Positions 20,243-30,850 of a DNA stretch of 64,000 nucleotides are shown one piece after another (the first letter of the stretch is position 1; the number at the start of each line of letters is the position of its first letter). Source of the DNA: Candidatus Moranbacteria bacterium GW2011_GWC2_40_12 (GTDB lineage Bacteria > Patescibacteriota > Minisyncoccia > Moranbacterales > UBA11712); assembly GCA_000995965.1 (NCBI GenBank), contig LBYD01000001.1, positions 12,923-76,922 on the forward strand, written 5' to 3'. Below the pieces are notes generated by a model. The model saw only the letters and a list, made by a program, of their open reading frames with translations, ran no database searches and was not told where the DNA came from. A program made the position numbers and the translations under genes.

Positions 20243-20527
20243 TGAGGACATTTGCAAAAGTGACCTCAAGGACTGGAACGATTATAGTGAAAGTGTGAAA
20301 ATCTAGTTGAAGAGTTCAAAAAAAATGAGACACAAAATAGCTGCTTCATTCTGCAGCAATGCAGAATTGGTCCTAAAATACATGGCTATATGCTGGGAAG
20401 TCCCGACTCGTCGGGATGATCAGCAGGGAAGGCCCCGACACAAGTCGGGGAACCCTCAGATACCATACGCCGTGCCCCCGGCATAATGTCGGGGAGAAGA
20501 TATGGTACATCGCCCAAAGGAGCGATC
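20243..20527 (+). mobile_element. ORF-less intron-like insertion in 23S at the E. coli ~1917 site (CTAAGGT | AGCGAAATTCC)
   Basis: The exon sequence is interrupted by about 285 nt. The insertion contains GNRA-type hairpins (ccccgacacaagtcgggg, ccccggcataatgtcgggg). Confidence 0.5.
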
Positions 20528-20549
20528 AGCGAAATTCCTTGTCAGGTAA

Positions 20550-21261
20550 TGATGTCAGATATTTGCCTGAATATCGCAGCAATGCGATAAAAGTAAACTG
20601 GCTAATAACGGTGAAGGCTAAATTTTGCGCAAGCAGGATATGCTAATACCGTGGGAAGTCCTTCGATGGATTATCGGAGTGACCCCGTAACGACTGAGGC
20701 GAAAGCCAAGATCCCGAAAAAACGGGATAACACGCCAGCGCTTATCAAATAAAAGAAACATATGGATTTTGCTTCTTATGTGACAGGCTTTATCGATGGC
20801 GAAGGATGCTTTTCAGTGTCTTTCAATTATCGAGAGAAGCTGAAAACTAAAATTGAGGTGCGTCCGAGCTTTGCAATCGGACAAAACAAGCGCAGCCTGG
20901 AAATTCTGAAAAAGATTCGCCAATTTTTCACTTGCGGATACATAAGATTTTCCAAAAGCGATCAATGCTTCAAGTATGAAGTGAGAAATATTGACGAATT
21001 GCGCAAATTCATAATCCCTCATTTTAGAAAGTTTCCCTTGATGACCACAAAAAAGGCGGATTTTGAAATATTTTCAATAATCTGCGGCAAAGTGGCGCAA
21101 ATGAAACATAGAAATTCAGAGCACTTGAAAGAAATTATTCAAATGGCTTTCAGGATGAATTGTTCTGGAAAAAGGAAATACAAAGAAGCAGAACTCCTAA
21201 GTGTTTTAGATAAGCTGAAGATATAGTCTGATTTTTCGCGAAAGCGATCAAACGAAATGAA
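20550..21261 (+). mobile_element. group I intron with a LAGLIDADG ORF at the 23S E. coli ~1931 site (GGGTAA | GTTCCGACC)
   Basis: The exon ends at ...cttgtcaggtaa and resumes at (a)gttctgacccgca. It shares ctaataacggtgaa and ataccgtgggaagtc blocks with the second intron. Confidence 0.7.
20762..21226 (+). CDS. LAGLIDADG homing endonuclease (intron-encoded)
   Basis: YVTGFIDGEGCFSVSF N-terminal LAGLIDADG motif. 154 aa, inside a 23S intron. Confidence 0.85.
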   Translation: MDFASYVTGFIDGEGCFSVSFNYREKLKTKIEVRPSFAIGQNKRSLEILKKIRQFFTCGYIRFSKSDQCFKYEVRNIDELRKFIIPHFRKFPLMTTKKADFEIFSIICGKVAQMKHRNSEHLKEIIQMAFRMNCSGKRKYKEAELLSVLDKLKI

Positions 21262-21914
21262 GTTCTGACCCGCATTAAAGGCGTAACGACTCGGAAACTG
21301 TCTCAACGAGGGACCCGGTGAAATCGCAATGGCAGTGAAGATGCTGCCGACCTACGGCAAGACGAAAAGACCCCGTGGAGCTTTACTACAACTTGGTATT
21401 GGGTTGTGATTTTAGCTGCCTAGCATAGGTGGGAGGCTTTGAAGCCTCGACTTCGGTCGAGGTGGAGCCGCCAGTGTAATACCACCCTGCTGAAGTCGCA
21501 ATTCTAACCCTGGTCTGTTAGTTGAATTATATAATTTTCAATTGATGGTACTCGGAACAAGAGTAAAGAATTCACATGAGAGTATCATCGATGATGATTA
21601 TAATTTTCACTATACCCAAAATATATAATTCAGCTACCAGACCGGGGACAGTGCCTGGTGGGTAGTTTGACTGGGGCGGTCGCCTCCCAAAAGGTAACGG
21701 AGGCGTTTACAAAGGTTGGCTAGCTCCGGATGGAAATCGGAGCGATAGCGCAAACGCAAAAGCCAGCTTTACTGGAAGACCCATAAGTCGACCAGTCACG
21801 AAAGTGGAAGTTAGTGAACCGACCATCGCTTGTAGGAGCGTGGAAGATCATCAGATAAAAGTTACCCCGGGGATAACAGGCTTATTCCTCCCAAGAGTTC
21901 ACATCGACGGAGGA

Positions 21915-21972
<58 letters not shown>

Positions 21973-22015
21973 TGGCTGTTCGCCAATTAAAGCGGTACGC
22001 GAGCTGGGTTCAACG

Positions 22016-22778
22016 TAGGCGCCGTTGCTTGAGAAGAGTCTTTCTTAGTAAGAAAATTGCTACTTTTTCGAGTAATCGAAATTGAAAATCCGACTAATAA
22101 CGGTGAAACCTTCATAAAATTGTGGCCAATTGAGCTTATTTCTTTGCGGTCCAGAGAAAATATGCTAGAATAAACTTACTTGAGGACCATAATTTTATAA
22201 GGCAATACCGTGGGAAGTCGTCCCAAAACTAATTTAGCTTATATAGCTGGTTTTCTTGACGGAGACGGAAGCCTGATGATGCAAATAAAAAAACGAAGCG
22301 ATAACCAAAAAAATCGCTTTATGCTCACAATTTGCATGTATCAGGACACTCGTCATGAAAAACCGTTGCTTTGGATCAGAAAAGAACTTGAAATTGGATA
22401 CATCTGCCGGAGAAACGACAATATTACGGAACTGCGGGTGAATGGCTACCAGCAGGTGGAAAGAATATTAAAATTATTGATTCCGTATATCAAGTTCAAG
22501 AAAATCCAAGCCGTAACATTGCTGAAATCCGCGAAAATTCTTCGTAAAAAAAAATTTTCTCAAAGAGATTTGAGAAAATTAGTTGACTATATTCTGGCGA
22601 TTCAAAAAGAAAATTATGTCTCGCGAAGAAAGAAAAGCAAAAAAGAGCTAATGAAAATTTTAGGATTGACCCCGTAACGACTTTGGTCCGACGTCACGTC
22701 GGACCAGAATAGCGAGTTAATAAAAAATCTAAACCGCTATAATATGTCGGCCCCGCCCAAATTTCTTCGAAAATTGCG
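22016..22778 (+). mobile_element. group I intron with a LAGLIDADG ORF at the 23S I-CreI-type site (E. coli ~2593; GGGTTCAACGT | CGTGAGACAG-like)
   Basis: The exon ...gagctgggttcaacgt is interrupted and the downstream exon resumes near cgggtgaagatatagtctgggccc (divergent). Boundaries are approximate. Confidence 0.65.
22210..22677 (+). CDS. LAGLIDADG homing endonuclease (intron-encoded)
   Basis: LAYIAGFLDGDGSLMMQI LAGLIDADG motif. 155 aa, inside a 23S intron. Confidence 0.85.
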   Translation: MGSRPKTNLAYIAGFLDGDGSLMMQIKKRSDNQKNRFMLTICMYQDTRHEKPLLWIRKELEIGYICRRNDNITELRVNGYQQVERILKLLIPYIKFKKIQAVTLLKSAKILRKKKFSQRDLRKLVDYILAIQKENYVSRRKKSKKELMKILGLTP

Positions 22779-22887
22779 GCGGGTGAAGATATAGTCTGGG
22801 CCCGCAGAAATGCGGGATTACAACCGACGAGAGGACCGGAAAGAACGAACCTCTGGTGTACCAGTTGATCCTGCCAAGGGCAATGCT

Positions 22888-22925
<38 letters not shown>

Positions 22926-23269
22926 ATAAGCGGGAAGCCCACTTCAAGATTAGGCAACTCTAGTGCTTGCACTAGATGGCTTCCTGGGAGATGACCAGGT
23001 TGATAGGCTTCAGGTGTAAGTGCGGCAACGCATTGAGCCGAGAAGTACTAATAAGCCGAAGAATATCCTCTATCGTTACTTCCGCCCAAATTTTTTGCGA
23101 AAAAAATTTAGGCGGATTCGACCAGCAATTAGGAGTCACTAAAATCTCAATGAAAGATTGCAAACAGAGTTTTATTTTGGCATTTTCTGTTTTGGCTGTT
23201 ATTGTTTTATCGGTTGTTTTTTTCATATTCACATCTCCAGTGATCAAAGCGTTCTAAGGTTTGAGCTTA

Positions 23270-23385
23270 TTGTTCCTAGTGCTTCTAGCGACAGGGTCAC
23301 ACCCGATCCCATCCCGAACTCGGCAGTTAAGCCTGTCAGCGCCGATGGTAGCCGCAAGGTGAGAGTAGGCCAGTGCTAGGAACAA
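23270..23385 (+). rRNA. rrf: 5S ribosomal RNA
   Basis: CCCGATCCCATCCCGAACTCGGCAGTTAAGC...GCCGATGGTAGC core. The termini ttgttcctag / ctaggaacaa pair as helix I. 116 nt. Confidence 0.8.
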
Positions 23386-23408
23386 TGAACTCAAATATAG
23401 CATCGGCT

Positions 23409-23436
23409 AAAAAATCCCTTATAAAAGGGATTTTTA
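23409..23436 (+). terminator. rho-independent terminator after 5S (aaaaatccctt-ataaa-agggattttt)
   Basis: Hairpin plus T-run read from the sequence. Confidence 0.6.
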
Positions 23437-23520
23437 TGTTGTTATATTGACTTAACATGTATCCCGTGCTAGAAATTTAATAGAAAAATTGCGATCAAAA
23501 AATCGTTACAGGGGGCTGGT

Positions 23521-23916
23521 ATGGATTCGGAAATAAAGGAATTTTTTAAGGATTTAGCCGAAGCAGCGCAAAAATACGCTGAGTTTAAAAAGCTCTATGA
23601 CCAGCACAAGGAGGTGCCGCCAAGTCTCCAGATAGTTATCGATGATTATCTGAAAACGGCGCTCCCATCGCACCTCGCTGTTGAAGCCCAAAAATGTGAA
23701 TTTTTGTTTGGCGCCTTTCACAACGGCTGCGAGGCGGGAGGGGTTCGCCTAACAATAAAATTGCCGTTTAAACGGGAGGAGGTTGCGGAAGATTTTGTCG
23801 ATTTACTGGCTGATTTCAAGGTCAACGTGAAAAGTGACCTGGCTGAAAAATTTTCCGTCAGCGCCAAGTGCTTTTGGATCGAGACTTTGTTTAAACCAAA
23901 GTTCGATTACGACTGA
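23521..23916 (+). CDS. hypothetical protein (131 aa)
   Basis: ORF with no recognisable motif. Confidence 0.4.
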   Translation: MDSEIKEFFKDLAEAAQKYAEFKKLYDQHKEVPPSLQIVIDDYLKTALPSHLAVEAQKCEFLFGAFHNGCEAGGVRLTIKLPFKREEVAEDFVDLLADFKVNVKSDLAEKFSVSAKCFWIETLFKPKFDYD

Positions 23917-23946
23917 TTAAGCCAATTGAAAAATAAGACAGAAAAA

Positions 23947-23984
23947 GCCGGAGATCCTCAGGGTCTCCGGCTAATTTATTTTTG
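23947..23984. terminator. bidirectional rho-independent terminator (gccggagatcctcagggtctccggc + T-tract), between convergent genes
   Basis: 10-bp GC-rich stem with U-runs on both strands. Confidence 0.65.
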
Positions 23985-23994
23985 AAATTATTCT

Positions 23995-25164
23995 TTATTC
24001 TGCTCTTACATCAAATCCCACCTGTCCCTCAAAACTCGGCACTGACTTCACCCAAAAAGGAAAAAACTTGACCTCGATAGAATCGATTTCCGGAAATTGA
24101 GTGAAACGTTCCCGAAGGGCCGATTTGTTGTAGCCGGCGATGGCTTTTTTGTCGAGCATTTTGCTCGGAAGTTTCGGGGTGAGAATGGCGGGCACGGAAA
24201 CCTTTACTTCGGCCTTGCCGTCCGCGCCGCTGATGTCAGAAAGCTCATATTTGATGCTATTCTCGTCAATTTCCGAAATTTCCAGGTTGGCGCCGATTTG
24301 AGCTTTGAAGCGCTCGATGGCGGTGTCTTTCAGATCTCTTTCATTGAAAACGATTGAAGAAATATTTCCCCGGACAAACATGTCAAAGTTGCCTGTTTGG
24401 GTTTCCGGAGCGGCGCTGGCGCGGGATTCCAGAATTTCCACTCTTGTGAGGGCGGGGGACAGCTTTGAATCAGCGGGAACCTGATTTTTCATTTTTTCAA
24501 TCTCCTGTTTTCCCAGTTCTTCGGCTGTCGTTTGGGTAGCGCGGGAAATATCGTCAGGAGAAACAACTTTTGTCTCGATTTCACCTCCGGTGAAATTTTC
24601 GCCGTTTTCCGCCCAGATTCGTTCGCGGTTCCATTTGCTCATCCGCAGAAAATAAAATTTACCCGGGGGAATATTTCCGGAAAAGCCCTTGTTTTTGGCA
24701 GTCGCAGTGGCCGTCACTTCGCTTTCAGCCGTGGCAACGGTATTAGTGTCTAAAATAAAAACATTTTTTATTCCAAAGCCAACCGCTTCAGGCGATTCGC
24801 CCTGGACAAGCTGTGCTCCTTTTTGCAAAAAGAAATCTTTTTTCCAGATGTTTTTTATTTTCACAGCTCCCTTGGCAAAATCTTCAGTTTTTCGAAGCGA
24901 CACTTCGGAGATATTTTTTGTGATTTCTCCCTGGGATTCAAGAATCCTTCCCGGCAGGATTCCGTTTGCCGGATCGGGCTTCAGATTTTTCGTGTCGATC
25001 GTCAGGCTGACGGCACTTTCTTTTTTCTCTATTTTCGGGCGGATGACGATGGTCGCGCGGGCGATGGTGAAGTTTATGATAATGGCGGCGCCAACAACCG
25101 TCAAAAAAACGAAGATCCAGAAAATTTTGCGCGATGGAGAATTGTCGTAGCGTCCTAAATGCAT
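23995..25164 (-). CDS. membrane-anchored hypothetical protein (389 aa, N-terminal TM)
   Basis: N-terminal hydrophobic segment IFWIFVFLTVVGAAIIINF. The rest of the protein looks extracytoplasmic. Confidence 0.45.
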   Translation of the reverse strand: MHLGRYDNSPSRKIFWIFVFLTVVGAAIIINFTIARATIVIRPKIEKKESAVSLTIDTKNLKPDPANGILPGRILESQGEITKNISEVSLRKTEDFAKGAVKIKNIWKKDFFLQKGAQLVQGESPEAVGFGIKNVFILDTNTVATAESEVTATATAKNKGFSGNIPPGKFYFLRMSKWNRERIWAENGENFTGGEIETKVVSPDDISRATQTTAEELGKQEIEKMKNQVPADSKLSPALTRVEILESRASAAPETQTGNFDMFVRGNISSIVFNERDLKDTAIERFKAQIGANLEISEIDENSIKYELSDISGADGKAEVKVSVPAILTPKLPSKMLDKKAIAGYNKSALRERFTQFPEIDSIEVKFFPFWVKSVPSFEGQVGFDVRAE

Positions 25165-25172
25165 AGTTTCCT

Positions 25173-25264
25173 TTTACGAATTACGAATCCGCATCGCTCT
25201 ACGAATATACGAATTACGAATTATATGCATTCGTATATTCGTAAAAGATTCATAATTCGTAAAG
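25173..25264. repeat. Family A palindromic element
   Basis: tttacgaattacgaatccgcatcgctctacgaatatacgaattacgaat ... attcgtatattcgtaaaagattcataattcgtaa. Confidence 0.8.
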
Positions 25265-25265
25265 A

Positions 25266-28200
25266 CTAAGGCTTTTGTAATATTTCCCGAATTTTATCCG
25301 CCACATTTTTATCATAATCAATCCGATACGGCGTTTCAAGCCGGTTCAGGCTGACAGATTTTCCGTCCTGAAATTCGAGAAATATTTTGCAATTTCCGGA
25401 TTTCGCCTCGCTCAAAATGCCGGATATTTTTCGCAGGAGCTCTGAATTTGATTCTCGAGGAAGCTTCAAAAATATTTTTTTTTGGCTCTTTTCACGTTCG
25501 TCCTCTGTTTTCCTCTGATTTTCTAGGGCCCGGAATCTTTCGATTTCTTCCTGGTTGACTATTCTTGCATTGTCGCAAAGCAGCTTCATTGTCCCGTCCT
25601 TGTCGGAAATTTTTCCCGTTGCCAGAATAATTTTTCCTTCTTCGAACAGGCCGCCATATTGATCGAGTGTTTTGGGAAAGGCGATTATTTCCATTTTCTG
25701 GCCGCCGGCATCTTCAACGCTGATGAATGCCATGCTCTTTTGGGATTTCAGAAAAATTTTCTTTACTTTTTCTATTATGCCGCCGATTGTCACGGATTGG
25801 CCAACAAAGCTCTCGTCAATTTCTGAGACCGGCTTTGAAAACTGGCGAAAAAAATCCAAATATTCAGCCAGAGGATTATCGCTTATATAAAGCCCAAGAA
25901 GCTCTTTTTCCCACGCGAGCTTCTGCATTTTTTCAGCCGGATCAGCCTCAGCCAGGCTGATTTCAGGCATCTTTATCTCTACGCCGCCGGATCCGAAAAG
26001 GCTGGCTTGGCTGGAAGCGGCCTGGCGCTGAAAATCCTTCGAATAGCCCAGTATATTTTCAACATTGGCGAGCAGCCGGTTGCGTTCGCCAAATTCCTCC
26101 ATAGTTCCGCTTTTAATGAGGCTCTCAAGAGATTTTTTATTGAGGTCTTTCACCCTTATTCTTTCAATGAAATCAGTGAGGCTTTTATACCTGCCGCTTC
26201 TTTTTCTTTCATCAATGATTTCATTCGCAACATTTTTCCCCACATTCTTGATTGCGCCGAGGCCGAATCGGATTTTTTCTCTGCTCCTCAGCACTTCCTC
26301 TTTTTTGCCATCGCGTAAACCATTATTATTTTGATTATTTTTTTCTGGAGAAGTGGTGAGGGGCAAGGCGGCAAATGTGACAAAACTCTCGTTGATGTCC
26401 GGGGGAAGAACTTCGATTCCCATGGTCCGGCATTCTTCAATTTCAATGGCGATGCGGTCGATATTGTCCTGGTCAGAAGTGAGGAGAGCGGCCATGAACT
26501 CGGTTGGATAGTGGGCCTTGAGATAGGCCGTCTGGTATCCGATCAGGGCATAACAGGCGGCATGCGAGCGGTTGAAGCCATATCCGGCGAACGGCTCGAT
26601 GAAGGCGAAAACTTTTTCGGCAATGCGGCGATCAATGCCATTTTCCACGCATCCATCAATGAATTTCACTTTTTCTTCACGAATAAGCTCCGGAATTTTT
26701 TTCCCCATCGCTTTTCGGAGCATATCAGCTTCAGAAAGGGAAAAACCGGCGAGGGCTCGCGCAATTTGCATTACCTGTTCCTGATATACAGCTACGCCAT
26801 AAGTGTTTTTTAGGATCGGTTCCAATTGGGGATGGACGTAAGTGATTTTTTTCCTTCCATGTTTTCTGGAAATGAAATCCGGTATCCAATCCATCGGGCC
26901 GGGCCGATACAGGGCCACCATGGCGATCACGTCTTCAAAAGTTGTCGGCTTGAGCTGTTTCAGGTATCTTTTCATTCCGCCGGATTCAAGCTGAAAAACG
27001 CCGGTGGTGATTGCGTTTTGAAGAAGTTCGAATGTTTTCCTGTCATCGAGCGGAATTTCATCAATAACGATTTTCACGTCCTTGGTTTTTTCGATAATCT
27101 TGATGGCATGCTGAATGATAGTGAGATTTTTGAGCCCCAGGAAATCCATCTTGAGAAGGCCGATTTTTTCAACATAACTTGATTTTGTCGAGGCCGAGTA
27201 TTGCGTGACAACGTTCTCCGTGTCTCCGGAGACATACTGGAGAGGAGTATAATTCACAACAGGTTCAGGCGTGATGACCACGCCGCAGGCATGCATCGAA
27301 GCGTGCCGACAGACGCCCTCAAGCCTGGAGGCGCTGTCAAGAAGTTTTTTGGCGGCGGGATCAGATCTGTATAAATTGGACAGTTCCGGAACGCCGGCAA
27401 TCGCGTCCCGGATTGGCATATTCATCGGGATAAGCTTGGCGGTCAGGTCGCAGAAAGCATAAGGATATCCAAGCGCCCGGCCCGCGTCACGCACCGCCGC
27501 CCGGGCAGCCATTGTCCCGAAAGTTATGATTTGGGCCACGTGGTCATTGCCGTATTTTTCCCTTACATACGCTAAAACCTCATCACGACGGGTGTCGGCA
27601 AAATCCATGTCGACATCTGGCATGGAGATTCTTTCCGGATTGAGAAATCTTTCAAATAGAAGATTATATTTTATGGGATCAATATTAGTGATGCCTAAAA
27701 TATAGGAAACAAAGCTGCCCGCCGCGCTGCCGCGTCCCGGGCCAACAATAATTCCCTGGTCTTTTGCCCAATTGACGAAATCCTGAACAATCAAAAAGTA
27801 GGAAGCAAATCCGGTTTTGGAGATGACGGAAAGCTCAAATTCCATCCGGTCGCGGTACTCTTTGGGCGTGCTCTTTTCAAAACGTTTCTTGAGCCCTCCT
27901 TCGCACAGCTTTTCGAGATATGATTCGGGCGTGAAGTTTTTAGGAACCTTGTAGAAGGGAAGTTTGGTATTTCCGAGCTCGATTTCCAAATCGCACATTT
28001 CGGCGATCCGGCTGGTATTTTCAAGCGCCTCCGGGATATCGGCGAAACTTTTTTTCATTTCCTCGGGGCTTCGCATGAAAAGTTCGAAATCCATGAGATT
28101 CATCCGGTTCGTATCGCTCACTTTGCGGTTGGTTTGAACGCAAAGCAAAATATCCTGGATAGAATTGTCGTCAGGACGAACATAGTGCATATCGGTCGTG

Positions 28201-28838
28201 GCGACGAGGGGGATGCCGGTGCGCTTTGAAATTCCAATCAGGGCGTCATTTGCCATTTTTTGGTTGGGAAATCGGGGGTGATCTTGGATTTCGAGGTAAA
28301 AATGCCCTTTTCCAAAAATTTCTTCGTATTCAAGGGCGATTTTTTCCGCCTCGTCAATTTTTCCGGAAAGAGCGACGGAGGGAACTTCCCCCTCGACGCA
28401 AGCAGAAAGTCCGATGAGTCCTTCAGAATACTTTCTTAAAACCTCTTTATCAATGCGCGGCTTATAATAAAATCCTTCAAGATGGGCGATGGTAACCAGT
28501 TTCATGAGATTTTTATATCCCGTTCCGTTTTTGGCAAGAAGGATCAGGTGGTGTCGAGTGTCGTCTATTTTCGGCCGCTTGTTTTGCCGGCCATTGGGCG
28601 CGAGATACATTTCGCAGCCAATTATGGGCTTTATGCCTTTCTTTTTCGCTTTTTCATAAAATTCAATCGCGCCATACAGAACCCCATGGTCAGTGAGGGC
28701 CAAAGAGTCCATTCCCAGTTCTTTCGCGCGGTCAAGAAGTTCGTCGATCTTGGCGAGACCGTCGAGCAATGAATAGTGCGAATGCACGTGGAGGTGGACG
28801 AAATTTGATTTGTTGGTATTTTTATCTAACATTAACAA
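25266..28838 (-). CDS. dnaE: DNA polymerase III alpha subunit
   Basis: PHP domain (HLHVHSHYSLLDGLAKIDEL), polymerase core and OB fold. 1190 aa. Confidence 0.92.
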   Translation of the reverse strand: MLMLDKNTNKSNFVHLHVHSHYSLLDGLAKIDELLDRAKELGMDSLALTDHGVLYGAIEFYEKAKKKGIKPIIGCEMYLAPNGRQNKRPKIDDTRHHLILLAKNGTGYKNLMKLVTIAHLEGFYYKPRIDKEVLRKYSEGLIGLSACVEGEVPSVALSGKIDEAEKIALEYEEIFGKGHFYLEIQDHPRFPNQKMANDALIGISKRTGIPLVATTDMHYVRPDDNSIQDILLCVQTNRKVSDTNRMNLMDFELFMRSPEEMKKSFADIPEALENTSRIAEMCDLEIELGNTKLPFYKVPKNFTPESYLEKLCEGGLKKRFEKSTPKEYRDRMEFELSVISKTGFASYFLIVQDFVNWAKDQGIIVGPGRGSAAGSFVSYILGITNIDPIKYNLLFERFLNPERISMPDVDMDFADTRRDEVLAYVREKYGNDHVAQIITFGTMAARAAVRDAGRALGYPYAFCDLTAKLIPMNMPIRDAIAGVPELSNLYRSDPAAKKLLDSASRLEGVCRHASMHACGVVITPEPVVNYTPLQYVSGDTENVVTQYSASTKSSYVEKIGLLKMDFLGLKNLTIIQHAIKIIEKTKDVKIVIDEIPLDDRKTFELLQNAITTGVFQLESGGMKRYLKQLKPTTFEDVIAMVALYRPGPMDWIPDFISRKHGRKKITYVHPQLEPILKNTYGVAVYQEQVMQIARALAGFSLSEADMLRKAMGKKIPELIREEKVKFIDGCVENGIDRRIAEKVFAFIEPFAGYGFNRSHAACYALIGYQTAYLKAHYPTEFMAALLTSDQDNIDRIAIEIEECRTMGIEVLPPDINESFVTFAALPLTTSPEKNNQNNNGLRDGKKEEVLRSREKIRFGLGAIKNVGKNVANEIIDERKRSGRYKSLTDFIERIRVKDLNKKSLESLIKSGTMEEFGERNRLLANVENILGYSKDFQRQAASSQASLFGSGGVEIKMPEISLAEADPAEKMQKLAWEKELLGLYISDNPLAEYLDFFRQFSKPVSEIDESFVGQSVTIGGIIEKVKKIFLKSQKSMAFISVEDAGGQKMEIIAFPKTLDQYGGLFEEGKIILATGKISDKDGTMKLLCDNARIVNQEEIERFRALENQRKTEDEREKSQKKIFLKLPRESNSELLRKISGILSEAKSGNCKIFLEFQDGKSVSLNRLETPYRIDYDKNVADKIREILQKP

Positions 28839-29089
28839 AATAACCTCCTTTACCCCGTATCAATTTTAGCTGACTGTTCAAAGACTCAACTGATGCAAGG
28901 CGGAGCCGTTTCGCTCTCTGCGCGTGAAATAAGATAACGGATGGCTGGAATTGATGCTGGGGCCAATAAAAAGGCTTTTTTATGTTTTTTGTTATTATAT
29001 ATGATTTACGAGAAAGTTGAAAGTTTCAGAAAAACACCCGAAAGCTGATTTCTCGGGCATTTCGATGAAAAAAACAAATAATTTTGCTA

Positions 29090-29698
29090 TTATGACGGAA
29101 GAAGCGATTCCAGATCGTCATAATCGTCGTCGTCTAAAACTTCAACCCACTTTGTTTTTGTGATAGTGTTCTTCGAGTCGTTCCATTTTCCGCGGACAAG
29201 CACTTTGTCGTCTTCTTTGAGGCTCGAAAATTCAATGTTGCGTCCGTCTTCATCTTCGATATCTGTCGATTTAAGAATGGCTACGGTTTGATCACCACGT
29301 TCCAATGTTTCAATCTTGAAAGTATTGGAGCTTTCGGTAAGTGAATCGATCACGCCATAGAAAGTCGTCGTATGCTTGTGATAATAGCTCAAATTGCGGA
29401 TTTTGGTAGCCGTCACATTTTCATCGTCAAAAGATCCTTCGATATTGATCACATCGCCCTCTTTTATTTTTGAGTAGGTGATTTTGTGGCTCCCAGAACT
29501 TCCCCTTCTTATTTTAGCGCTAGAGGCGTTCACAACATATGTTGTCCCGTTTTTCACCGCTTCAAGTGTTTTTGCGTCATAATCTATTTTCTCAACAATG
29601 GCGTTTTTGACAGTTTTTGCTTCGGCGCCCTGAACTGCAAAAAATCCGGACAAAGCTAATCCGAAAACCAGAACGGGAAGAAATATAATTTTTTTCAT
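29090..29698 (-). CDS. secreted hypothetical protein with two internal repeats (signal peptide MKKIIFLPVLVFGLALSGFFAVQGAEA)
   Basis: Signal peptide, then two OB-like repeats (…GDVINIEGSFDDENVTATKI… / …DDKVLVRGKWNDSKNTITKT…). Confidence 0.5.
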   Translation of the reverse strand: MKKIIFLPVLVFGLALSGFFAVQGAEAKTVKNAIVEKIDYDAKTLEAVKNGTTYVVNASSAKIRRGSSGSHKITYSKIKEGDVINIEGSFDDENVTATKIRNLSYYHKHTTTFYGVIDSLTESSNTFKIETLERGDQTVAILKSTDIEDEDGRNIEFSSLKEDDKVLVRGKWNDSKNTITKTKWVEVLDDDDYDDLESLLPS

Positions 29699-29760
29699 TT
29701 ATATTTTTTTGATTAAATTATTATTACCTATATAATACAACTAAGCTTGAAAAAAGCAAA

Positions 29761-30438
29761 ATGATATTACCAACCCTAAACTGCGAAAAAAAATATTGGG
29801 AAGGAGGCGTGAAAATCGTCGCCGGAATTGACGAAGCCGGGCGGGGGCCGCTTGCCGGACCGGTGGTGGCGGCAGCGGTTGTCGTGTTTCCTGAAACGCT
29901 GGAAGAGATCAAAAAAGACGCTCTTTTCGGGCTGATACGTGACTCAAAAACCCTTTCTTTTCGCCAGCGGGAGCGGGCCTATGAACTGATCACGGCCAGT
30001 TTCCCTTTTGGAGTTGGATGGTCGAGCCATGAAACAATTGACCGGGTCAACATACTGCAGGCGGCTTTTTTAGCCATGAAAAAGGCTATTTCAGATCTTA
30101 AAAGCAATTTGAAAAATGAAATCGGAATAGTGCTGGTTGACGGCCGTAAGCCAATTCCGAATATTTCGGTGAGGCAGGAAAATATTGTCGGTGGCGACAA
30201 AAATATTTTTTCCATCTCTGCCGCTTCGATCGTCGCTAAAGTGACCCGCGATCGGACGATGCTTGATCTCCATGAAAAATTTCCCGAGTATGGTTTCGCG
30301 CGACATAAGGGATATGGGACAAAATTTCATTTTGAAATGATCGAAAAGCACGGACCTTGCGAAGCGCACAGAAAAAGTTTTCGACTAAAACCAAAAAAGG
30401 GCTTGACAAACTTTTCAAAGAATCTAAAATCAAGTTAG
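29761..30438 (+). CDS. rnhB: ribonuclease HII
   Basis: IVAGIDEAGRGPLAGPVVAAAVV. Confidence 0.85.
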   Translation: MILPTLNCEKKYWEGGVKIVAGIDEAGRGPLAGPVVAAAVVVFPETLEEIKKDALFGLIRDSKTLSFRQRERAYELITASFPFGVGWSSHETIDRVNILQAAFLAMKKAISDLKSNLKNEIGIVLVDGRKPIPNISVRQENIVGGDKNIFSISAASIVAKVTRDRTMLDLHEKFPEYGFARHKGYGTKFHFEMIEKHGPCEAHRKSFRLKPKKGLTNFSKNLKSS

Positions 30439-30471
30439 TAAGAAATAATTTTCTAAATTTCCACAAAAATC

Positions 30472-30687
30472 ATGTCGGTTCCAAAACAGCGTCACACGAA
30501 AGGAAGGAGAGACCGGAGGAGAGCGAACATAAAAATTGTTTCAAAAAATCTCGTGAATTGTTCGCAATGCAAAAAAAAGATAAAACGGCATACGGCTTGT
30601 CAGTTTTGCGGATACTACAAAGGTAAAAAGACGATTGATATAAAGATAAAGAAAAAGAAGGGGAAAGCCGGAAAGAAAAAAGGATAA
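30472..30687 (+). CDS. rpmF: 50S ribosomal protein L32 with a Lys-rich C-terminal tail
   Basis: MSVPKQRHTKGRRDRRR...CxxC...CxxCGYYKGK zinc-ribbon pattern of bL32. Confidence 0.7.
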   Translation: MSVPKQRHTKGRRDRRRANIKIVSKNLVNCSQCKKKIKRHTACQFCGYYKGKKTIDIKIKKKKGKAGKKKG

Positions 30688-30691
30688 AGCC

Positions 30692-30720
30692 TTGCTGTAA
30701 AAAAACATTCGCAGTATAAT
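30692..30720 (+). promoter_or_regulatory. canonical sigma70 promoter TTGCTG -N17- TATAAT, driving the speH-like gene with a ~125-nt leader
   Basis: Read from the sequence. Confidence 0.55.
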
Positions 30721-30850
30721 TTTAATGAAAATAATTTTTTCGACTACCGGTATGGACTTTATCTCGCCTGATTGCATCGCTCTGGAGCGTTGCGGGCAGG
30801 AGGAGGTTTTCAAAATTTAATCATTAGGCCAAAAACCCAAAACACAAAAA

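Noticed and set aside
30727-30850. Leader of the speH-like gene as a SAM riboswitch
   Set aside because: No SAM-I, SAM-II or other riboswitch core could be recognised by eye. It is left as an unassigned leader.
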